Source: Myxococcota bacterium (GTDB lineage Bacteria > Myxococcota_A > UBA796 > SXON01). Taken from it: a DNA stretch of 64,000 bases. The DNA lies in assembly GCA_040386535.1 (NCBI GenBank), contig JAZKFH010000037.1, positions 91,729-155,728 of the forward strand, in the 5' to 3' direction. Positions 19,315 through 26,956 of this stretch are shown here, in pieces. The position numbers and the translations under genes are program-made. The notes beneath the pieces are model-generated. The model was not told the origin of the DNA, ran no database searches, and saw nothing but the letters and a program-made list of their open reading frames with translations. The stretch's first letter is position 1; each line of letters starts with the position of its first letter.

Positions 19315-19967
19315 TCCTGGATCCGATCGTCCCCCGCATCCTCTCCGTGCGCCGCATCCCCGGCGCCGACCCCGCCCTGTTGCGCGCCTACGGCGCCGAT
19401 CCCGACCGCCACCGCGCGCTCGGCCTCGTCACCTGCGATCAGGACGATCCTACCTACGTCGCCCTCGACGAGGCCACCAAGCACTCGCCCGTCGACGTCG
19501 TGTTCGCGCGATCGTTCTACGCGGGGTCGGGGCACGCCTCGGGGCGGCTCTCCGGCGAGATCCTCGGGGTCATCGCCGGGGCGGACGCGGACGAGGTGGA
19601 CGAGGGGCTCGCCGCGCTGGTGCGCTGTCTGGAGCACGACGCGTGCTTCTACCAGGCCGACGACAAGGGCTCGATCACGGTGTTCCCGCACGTCATCGCC
19701 TCGCTCGGGCGCTACCTCTCGGCGCAGTCGGGCCTCGCGCCCGGCGAGCCCATGGCGTACCTCGTGGCCCCGCCCATGGAGGCCACGATCGGGCTCGACG
19801 CGGCGTTGAAGGCGGCCTATGTGCGGGCGGTGAAGATCTTCCCGCCGCCCACCGAGACCAACTTCGCGGCCGCGTGGCTCACGGGTGACCTGGCGGCGTG
19901 CCAGGCCGCGGCCGAGGCGTTCGCGGCGGCGGTGATCGAGGTCGGACGCACGCCGCGCGAGCGATAG
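19311..19967 (+). CDS. eutL: BMC-T shell protein EutL
   Basis: DDPTYVALDEATK, RSFYAG, PMAYLVAPPMEATIGLDAALK and PPPTETNFAAAWLTG closely follow EutL. Confidence 0.93.
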   Translation: MILDPIVPRILSVRRIPGADPALLRAYGADPDRHRALGLVTCDQDDPTYVALDEATKHSPVDVVFARSFYAGSGHASGRLSGEILGVIAGADADEVDEGLAALVRCLEHDACFYQADDKGSITVFPHVIASLGRYLSAQSGLAPGEPMAYLVAPPMEATIGLDAALKAAYVRAVKIFPPPTETNFAAAWLTGDLAACQAAAEAFAAAVIEVGRTPRER

Positions 19968-19970
19968 CCC

Positions 19971-22169
19971 ATGCGGCTCCTCCTCCCCCTGGTCCTCGGC
20001 GTGGCGTGCACGTGGATCTCGTCGGACGAGCTGGCGGGGCGCCTGGACGACAAGGGCGGGGACGCCGACGGGGACGGCTTCGTGAGCCTCGCCGCGGGCG
20101 GGGACGACTGTGACGACACCGAGGCCGCGGTGAACCCGGGCGCGGTCGAGGCGTGTGACACCCCGGCCGACGACGATTGTGACGGCGCCACCGACGCGGA
20201 GGGGGCCGAAGGGTGTGTCGCGTGGCACTACGATGGGGACGCGGACGGCTTTGGCATCGGGAGCGGCGAGTGTTGGTGCCGGGCCCAGGAGGCCACCGAC
20301 GTGGACGCCGTGGTGGGCGACGACTGTGACGACACGAACGCCGACGTGAACCCCGGCGAGGCCGAACGGTGTGACCCCGACGCGCTGGACGAGGACTGTG
20401 ACGGCCTCTCCGACGACGACGCGGGCGCCGAGGCCGAGGGGCGCACGCTCTACTTTCCGGACGCCGACGCGGACGGCTTCGGGGACGCGTCCGACCCGGG
20501 CACGCCGAGCTGCGCGGTGCTGGCACCGCCCTGGACGACCTCGGACGCGGACTGCGACGACGCGAGTCCCAATGTGTTCCCGGGCGCGTCCGAGGGCGCG
20601 GCCGACGGCGTGGACCAGGATTGTGACGGCTACGAGACCTGCTACGTCGACGCGGACGGGGACACGTACCGGAGCGCGGACGGCGCCACCGTGGCCTCGG
20701 CCGATCTCGCGTGTGACGGGCCGGGCGAGAGCGCCGCGGCGGTGGCGGACGACTGTGACGACGCGGACCCGACCGTGCCGCGCGCGGAGGAGTGGGACCG
20801 CCGCGACGACGACTGCGACGGCGCCTCCGACGATCTCGACATCAGCACGTTCGCCGGCGGCGTGCTCTACGGCGCCACCTCCGCGCTGGGGCTCGGCGCG
20901 AGCCACACCCTCGCCCTCGGCGGCGACCTCGACGCGGACGGCCTCGACGACCTCGTCCTGCTCTCGGAGACCGGCTCCACCGGCTCGGGGTGGGTGGTCG
21001 GCGGCGCGGCGGCGCTCGGCGCGGCGGATGACGTGAGCGTGCTCGCGACGGCCTCGATCGTGGGGCAGACCTCGTACGTGCTCGGACACGTCGCCGGCCC
21101 CATGGTCGACCTGACCGGGGACAGCGTCGCGGACGTGCTCCTGGGCGGATCGTACGGGTCCTACGGCCGCGCGTGGCTCCTGGACGGGACCCGCGCGGCC
21201 GGCGCGGTGCGCCTGGAGACCGACGCGGCGGCCCGATGGGACGGCGACTCCGCGAACGATCTCCTCAAGTGGGCGGTCGCGGGGGACGTGGACGGGGACG
21301 GCGTGGCGGACGTCGTGACCGGCGCCGTGTACGACTCGTTCGTGGGGTCGATCACCACGGACGTGTACACGGGGAACGTCGCGGTGTTCACGGACGGCGC
21401 GTGGGCGGGCGGCTACGACCTCTTGGACGCGCACGCCGAGATCCACGGGAGCGCCGCCTCGGACTACCTGGGCCAGAGCCTCGCCGTGGGCGACGTGACG
21501 GGAGACGGCTACGCCGACATCGTGGCGGGCGCGCCCGGCGAGGACGGGGGCGGCACGAACGCGGGCGCGATCTACGTGTTCGCGGGGAACGCCGGCGCGT
21601 CCTGGGCCGACGATCGCGCGGAGGGCGCGGCCACGGCCTGGCTCGTCGGGAGCGCCGCGTCGCTCGCGCTCGGCAACGACCCCATCCCCGCGCCGGGTGA
21701 CCTCGCGGGCGGCGGCCGCGCGAGCCTCGCGGTGGCCTCCTCGGTGTCCGGCGAGGTGTGGGTGTTCCTCGATCCGGTGGGCCTCTCCGGCGCCGTCGTG
21801 CTGGCCGACGCGGACGCGGCCTGGGCCGACACCCCGTCGTCCTTCGCGTCCGCGCTCACGAGCGGCTCCGACCTCGACGGCGACGGCGCGGCCGACCTCG
21901 CCATCGGGTCCCGCGGCGACGACACCCGCTTCGCCAACGCGGGCGCGGTGTTCCTGTTCTACGGCGGCGGCGCGTGGACCACGGGGATGACGAGCGCCGA
22001 CGCGGACGTGTCGCTCTACGGCGCCGCCTCGAGTGACGCGCTCGGCTCGGGAATCGCGAGCGGCGGCGATTTGAACGGCGACGGCCGCGGCGATCTGCTG
22101 CTGGGCGCCCCCGGCGTCGACACCGCGATCACCGGCGGCGGAGCGGCGTACGTCGTCGTGGGGCGATGA
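19971..22169 (+). CDS. Lipoprotein with Cys/Asp 'putative metal-binding motif' repeats and an FG-GAP beta-propeller
   Basis: LGVAC lipobox, repeated DCDD...NPGA.E.CD...DEDCDG, FG-GAP units GDxxGDGxxDxxxGAP. Confidence 0.88.
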   Translation: MRLLLPLVLGVACTWISSDELAGRLDDKGGDADGDGFVSLAAGGDDCDDTEAAVNPGAVEACDTPADDDCDGATDAEGAEGCVAWHYDGDADGFGIGSGECWCRAQEATDVDAVVGDDCDDTNADVNPGEAERCDPDALDEDCDGLSDDDAGAEAEGRTLYFPDADADGFGDASDPGTPSCAVLAPPWTTSDADCDDASPNVFPGASEGAADGVDQDCDGYETCYVDADGDTYRSADGATVASADLACDGPGESAAAVADDCDDADPTVPRAEEWDRRDDDCDGASDDLDISTFAGGVLYGATSALGLGASHTLALGGDLDADGLDDLVLLSETGSTGSGWVVGGAAALGAADDVSVLATASIVGQTSYVLGHVAGPMVDLTGDSVADVLLGGSYGSYGRAWLLDGTRAAGAVRLETDAAARWDGDSANDLLKWAVAGDVDGDGVADVVTGAVYDSFVGSITTDVYTGNVAVFTDGAWAGGYDLLDAHAEIHGSAASDYLGQSLAVGDVTGDGYADIVAGAPGEDGGGTNAGAIYVFAGNAGASWADDRAEGAATAWLVGSAASLALGNDPIPAPGDLAGGGRASLAVASSVSGEVWVFLDPVGLSGAVVLADADAAWADTPSSFASALTSGSDLDGDGAADLAIGSRGDDTRFANAGAVFLFYGGGAWTTGMTSADADVSLYGAASSDALGSGIASGGDLNGDGRGDLLLGAPGVDTAITGGGAAYVVVGR

Positions 22170-22238
22170 TGATTTCCGCCCCCACGGAGATGACGAACTG
22201 AGGTAGAACAAACATGTCTTTCACCTCACGGAGCAGGC

Positions 22239-23645
22239 ATGTCCCCTCGCATCGGTATCGTCGGCGCCGGCCCCGGGGGCCTCTCCCTCGCCCGGCTCCT
22301 CTCGGATCGTGGCTACGCCGACATCACGCTGCTGGAGCGGGCGCCGCGGGTCGGCGGCAAGTCGCTCACGGTCACCCACGAGGGCCTCGGCCACGAGCTC
22401 GGCACCTGCTACCTCGGCACCGGCTACACGACGGTGCGCAAGTGGATGGAGCAGGCCGGCATCCGTGAACATGCGCTCCCCAAGCAGATCATCGAGCTGG
22501 AGAACGGCGAGCGCACCACGTTCGAGGCCTACGTGCTCGGCTCGGCCGGCCGCATCGGCGCCGCCGCGCAGATCAGTCGCTACGTGCGCGACTGGATCGC
22601 CTTCCACGACTGGGACGTGCGCGGCGCCCCGGACGACGGGCCCGGCACCAACGGGCGGCTGATGCGGGAGGAGGTCGCGGAGCCCTTCCTCGCTTGGTTG
22701 CGGGCCCGTGACCTCGACGTGGTGGCACGGTTCGCCCTGCGCTCGATGACAGTGATGGGCTACGGCGCCCTCGACACCACCCCCGCCTTGTACGGGCTGC
22801 GGTGGAACATGCCCTCGCTGCTCTGGGCCGCCGTCACCACCCAGATCGCCGAGCCCGCGCCGGGCTGGTCCGCGCTGTGGACCCACCTCGCGTACGAGCT
22901 GGACGTGCGGCTGGAGCACACCATCACCAGCGTCGAGCGCCGCGCCGGCGGCTTCGAGGTGCAGACGGATCGTGGGCCGTTCTCGTTCGAGCACCTCGTC
23001 CTCACGACGCCCCTGGACGAGGCCGCCGCGTGGTTTCCGTTCGACAAGGCCGAACGCACCGCGTATCCGATCGGAGGCGCCACCCTGCGGTGGGGCGAGA
23101 TGGTGAGCACGTTGGTCGACGCCCAGGGGTGGTTCCGCGACTCGGACACCCGGTGTTGGGAGGCCCGCGCCAAGGATGGGCCGAGCGTGGCCCGCGGCCA
23201 GGTGCTCGGGGCGCGGCGCACCGGTGACAAGACCGTCGTGGCCCGCGCGCGTGCGCGTACGCGTCCCGACGTGTACGTCACCTACCAATACGGCGATCCC
23301 ACCCGCACCGACGAGGAGCTGCTCGCCACCCTGCACACCGATCTCGCGGCGGAGGGGGCCACCGTCCAATCCGTGCTGCGCCAGTGCCGATGGCGGTACT
23401 CGCCCCAATACACGGCCGACGCGATCCGCGGCGGCGCCCTCTCGCGCTTCGAGCGGCAGCAGGGCCGGAACAACCTGTGGATCTCCGGTGCCACCGCATC
23501 GCACGAGGCGGTCGACAACATCGTCGACGCGAACGAGCGCCTCGTCGACCGCATGTCGCTCGCGTTCGCGGGGAAGGACCCGTCGGGGGAGGCCGCGTTC
23601 GAGGGCCTCGGGATGCGGTTCCGGTGGCGGTTGGACGACAAGTGA
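22239..23645 (+). CDS. FAD-dependent oxidoreductase, PAI (polyunsaturated fatty acid isomerase)-like
   Basis: GAGPGG Rossmann motif, LLERAPRVGGK, C-terminal WRYSPQY...QQGRNNLWISG..ASHEAV. Confidence 0.8.
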   Translation: MSPRIGIVGAGPGGLSLARLLSDRGYADITLLERAPRVGGKSLTVTHEGLGHELGTCYLGTGYTTVRKWMEQAGIREHALPKQIIELENGERTTFEAYVLGSAGRIGAAAQISRYVRDWIAFHDWDVRGAPDDGPGTNGRLMREEVAEPFLAWLRARDLDVVARFALRSMTVMGYGALDTTPALYGLRWNMPSLLWAAVTTQIAEPAPGWSALWTHLAYELDVRLEHTITSVERRAGGFEVQTDRGPFSFEHLVLTTPLDEAAAWFPFDKAERTAYPIGGATLRWGEMVSTLVDAQGWFRDSDTRCWEARAKDGPSVARGQVLGARRTGDKTVVARARARTRPDVYVTYQYGDPTRTDEELLATLHTDLAAEGATVQSVLRQCRWRYSPQYTADAIRGGALSRFERQQGRNNLWISGATASHEAVDNIVDANERLVDRMSLAFAGKDPSGEAAFEGLGMRFRWRLDDK

Positions 23646-23714
23646 CGTACCCGACCCTACGGGCCGCCCGCGCGCCGTTTGCCCCGACCGGTCGCCTACG
23701 CTAATCCGCCGGGC

Positions 23715-24008
23715 ATGCCTGCCCCCGACCGCGCAACGCGCCTCCTCATCGCCCTCGGCGTCATGCTCGCGCTCGCCGGGCTCCCGATCGGCATGACCGC
23801 GAGCGTTGCCGGAGCGCAGCAGGCCGCGGTGGCCGCGGGGCGGAGCGCGGCGTGGACGGCGGCGCCGGGCACCGTGACCGAGGGCGGCGCGTTGTTCTGG
23901 TTCATGGTGGGCAGCGGCGTGAGCCTCGCGGGGGCCGCGCTCGCGTGCGTGGGCTTCTACCGGCTCTGGCGCGCCGGGCGCCTCATCCGACCGAACCACT
24001 ACCGCTGA
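23715..24008 (+). CDS. Small two-TM membrane protein
   Basis: 97-aa ORF with two hydrophobic segments. Fills the gap between neighbouring genes. Confidence 0.55.
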   Translation: MPAPDRATRLLIALGVMLALAGLPIGMTASVAGAQQAAVAAGRSAAWTAAPGTVTEGGALFWFMVGSGVSLAGAALACVGFYRLWRAGRLIRPNHYR

Positions 24009-24012
24009 GAGC

Positions 24013-24786
24013 CTACGCCCCGTACGTGATCCACGTGATGGCCACCATCACCACGAGCCACTCGGGCTCGACGTAGCCGAGCAGCAGCAGGATCCCCGCG
24101 TGCAGGGCGATCACCGTCGCGGTGAGCAATACGCGCAGGTCGGGGAACACATAGAACACGCACGCGAACTCCGAGAGGAGCCCGAACACCCCGACGAACG
24201 ACGTGATGCGTACGGACCGGCCGGCCGCTCGCCGCGCCGCGCGCACCCAGCGGGGGCCCGAGTAGGCGCGCTCCGCGATGAGGAGCGCCTGGTGGTGGGG
24301 CTTCATCCACCGCCACCCGGTCAGTTGGATCTTGGAGAGGGCGGCCAACGGATACAGCGCCGCCATCACGCCGGCGGCGGCCTCCCAGCCCGCGCCGCGC
24401 CACGCCTGCTCCGTGTACCCGAGCGCGCCGAGGAGGGTGGCGGCCGTCAGCCACCCGAGCAGGCACGCGGCGGCCGGCACGTACTTCCCGAGGCGGACCA
24501 CGATGTTGCCGGCCCACTGGCGTGTCTCCACCTGGCGCACCGCGAGGAGCGCGAGCAGCACCATCCCCGCCCCGAGCCGCGGCCACCCCGACGCCATCCA
24601 CGCCCACACCGTGCCCGCGAACCCCGCGGACGCCAGCAGGAAGAGCGCCAGGCGCCCGACCGCCACGCGGCGCACCGCCCCGTGCGCGGTGCCCGAGTAG
24701 ATGGGCCCGTCCGCCAGGAGCACGTGCCCCGCGGAGTTTCCCCAGGACAGGCACAGGGCGACGCAGAACAGCAGCTCGCCGGTCAT
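24013..24786 (-). CDS. Integral membrane protein, HTTM-domain-like
   Basis: ATGA overlap start. YPLAALSKIQLTGWRWM, LLSEF and ALHAGILLLLG recall HTTM conserved motifs. Confidence 0.6.
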   Translation of the reverse strand: MTGELLFCVALCLSWGNSAGHVLLADGPIYSGTAHGAVRRVAVGRLALFLLASAGFAGTVWAWMASGWPRLGAGMVLLALLAVRQVETRQWAGNIVVRLGKYVPAAACLLGWLTAATLLGALGYTEQAWRGAGWEAAAGVMAALYPLAALSKIQLTGWRWMKPHHQALLIAERAYSGPRWVRAARRAAGRSVRITSFVGVFGLLSEFACVFYVFPDLRVLLTATVIALHAGILLLLGYVEPEWLVVMVAITWITYGA

Positions 24787-25208
24787 GCGCGGAGGCGCCC
24801 GACGCCCGAGCCGCGCGGTACGATGCGCTCCACCACGTCGCCCTCGGGGGTGACCCGGAAGATCCGGTAGCCGACGTCGATGCGCACGCCGAGGCCCTCG
24901 GGGCTTGCCGCCGTCCGATCCCGGATCCACTTCTGGGCCTCGAACACCACCCAGTGCAATGAACAGGGGACCGTGAAGGGCTCGATGACCTCGGGCGCGA
25001 TGCCGTGCCACGCGGCCACGTCCTGGAACTCGACCTCGCGCCCGTCGGCATGGACCACGAGCACGGCGCCCTCGCGCCGGCCCTCGAGGTCGGCGTACAT
25101 CGCGTAGCGCGAGAACGGGAAGCGATCCCCGACACACCAGCTGATCACGCCGTACACCACCGCCGCCAGGATCGCGACGAACGGGGGCGCGAGGGGGAGG
25201 AGGTCCAT
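24783..25208 (-). CDS. Membrane-anchored partner of the HTTM-like protein
   Basis: N-terminal TM helix followed by FPFSRYAMYA. Translationally coupled to the downstream gene. Confidence 0.65.
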   Translation of the reverse strand: MDLLPLAPPFVAILAAVVYGVISWCVGDRFPFSRYAMYADLEGRREGAVLVVHADGREVEFQDVAAWHGIAPEVIEPFTVPCSLHWVVFEAQKWIRDRTAASPEGLGVRIDVGYRIFRVTPEGDVVERIVPRGSGVGRLRA

Positions 25209-25291
25209 CGCCGGCCACCCTACAACACGCGCCCGCCGCCCACCACCCCCGCCACCGCCGAGAGTGGACTACTCTCTCGGCAGGAGAGCTC

Positions 25292-26935
25292 ATGCCGGAC
25301 CTCATGCTTCCCACCGCGCACACCAAGGATCGCGTCAAGACGCCCGTCCCGGACCGGGTCGACGTCGCGATCGTGGGGGCGGGGCTCGGGGGCCTGATGA
25401 GCGCCGCCCGGCTGGCGCGGAAGGGGCTCTCTGTCGCCGTGTTCGACGGGCACTACGTGGCGGGCGGCTGTGCCACCATGTTCCACCGTGCCACCCGCGA
25501 CGGGAGCTACCAGTTCGACATCGGCCTGCACTACATCGGCAACTGCGAGCGCGAGGGCAAGATCCCGACCCTCCTGCGCGACGTCGGCATCGAGATGGAG
25601 TTCGTGCGCATGGACGACGATGGGTTCGACACGATCGTCGTGCCGGGCCTCACGTTCCCGATCCCCACCGAGATCGGGCGCTTCCGCGATCGCCTCGTGG
25701 AGCACTTCCCCCGCGAGAAGCGTGGCATCGACCGCTACATCCGCGTCCTCGGGGAGGTTGCCCACATGGGCAAGTGGGTGGAGGAGAACCGCAGCACGGG
25801 CGCGGTCGGCAAGATGGCGACGTTGTGGCAGGTCGCGACCCAAGCCCGCTTGGTACCCCGCTACCAGAACGCCACCATCAAGGACCTGCTGGACGACTGC
25901 ACGTCGGATGACACGTTGCGCGCGGTGCTCCTCGGCCAGAGCGGGGACTACGGCGTGGCGCCGAGCAAGGCGAGCGCGATGCTGCACCTCGGCCTCCAAG
26001 CCCACTACATGAACGGCGCCTACTACCCCAAGGGCGGCGGGCAGAAGATCGCGGACGAGCTGGCCGCGGTGGTGGAGGCGAGCGGCGGCGCCATCTGCCT
26101 TCGCCGCACGGTGGAGAAGATCCTCGTCGAGGACGGGCGCGCCGTGGGCGTGCGCATCGCCGAGGGGCGCGAGCCGGCGCGGGAGGTGCGCGCGGGCTGT
26201 GTCATCAGCAACGCCGATCTGAAGCGCACGTACACCGAGCTGCTGCCGGAGGCGTCGGTGCCCCCCGAGTGGCGGGTGCGCCGCGAGAAGTTGGAGATGG
26301 GCGCCGCCATCTTCATCACGTGCCTCGGGATCAAGGCCGACCTGCGTGCGTTGGGGATGGCCGCCAAGAACGTGTGGCGGTTCGACACGACGGACGCGGA
26401 GGAGATCTACGCCGAGGCCGACCGCGGCGAGACCACCGCGCGGTGCGCGTACATCACCAGCGCCTCGCTCAAGGACCCCGACACCCACGGCCACACGCCC
26501 CCCGGCGTGATGGGCGTCGAGGTGATGACCATCGCGCCGGGCCGCCCCGAGGCCTGGGGGGTCGAGCCCGGCGAGGTGGAGAGCGGGGTGTACCGCAAGC
26601 GGGAGGCCTACGAGGCGAAGAAGCGCGCGGTGGAGGACCGGCTGATCGACCACCTCGAGGCGCAGTTCCCCGGCACCAAGGAGCACATCGTGTTCCGCGA
26701 GAGCGCCACGCCCATCACGCACACCCGCTACACGCGCGCCACGGACGGCACGGGCTACGGCCTCGCGGCGACGCCCGCCCAGTTCATGGCGGGGCGCCCG
26801 GGCTACCGCGGGCCCATCCCGGGGCTCTACTTCGCCGGCGCCAGCACGCGCGCGGGGCACGGCATCGGCGGGGCGCTCATGAGCGGCAAACACGCGGCCG
26901 CGCGGCTCCTGGCAGACCGGGACGGCGCCTCCTGA
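25292..26935 (+). CDS. Phytoene desaturase / retinol saturase family FAD oxidoreductase
   Basis: VAIVGAGLGGL, YQFDIGLHYIG, GAYYPKGGGQ, ESATPIT..RYT, GLYFAGAST. Confidence 0.88.
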   Translation: MPDLMLPTAHTKDRVKTPVPDRVDVAIVGAGLGGLMSAARLARKGLSVAVFDGHYVAGGCATMFHRATRDGSYQFDIGLHYIGNCEREGKIPTLLRDVGIEMEFVRMDDDGFDTIVVPGLTFPIPTEIGRFRDRLVEHFPREKRGIDRYIRVLGEVAHMGKWVEENRSTGAVGKMATLWQVATQARLVPRYQNATIKDLLDDCTSDDTLRAVLLGQSGDYGVAPSKASAMLHLGLQAHYMNGAYYPKGGGQKIADELAAVVEASGGAICLRRTVEKILVEDGRAVGVRIAEGREPAREVRAGCVISNADLKRTYTELLPEASVPPEWRVRREKLEMGAAIFITCLGIKADLRALGMAAKNVWRFDTTDAEEIYAEADRGETTARCAYITSASLKDPDTHGHTPPGVMGVEVMTIAPGRPEAWGVEPGEVESGVYRKREAYEAKKRAVEDRLIDHLEAQFPGTKEHIVFRESATPITHTRYTRATDGTGYGLAATPAQFMAGRPGYRGPIPGLYFAGASTRAGHGIGGALMSGKHAAARLLADRDGAS

Positions 26936-26956
26936 AGAGGCCCGCCCGCGTCGGAG

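Noticed and set aside
25292..26935. crtI / carotenoid biosynthesis cluster
   Set aside because: There are no crtB/crtE neighbours. The FDIGLHYIG motif fits the broader retinol-saturase-like branch, so no gene symbol is given.
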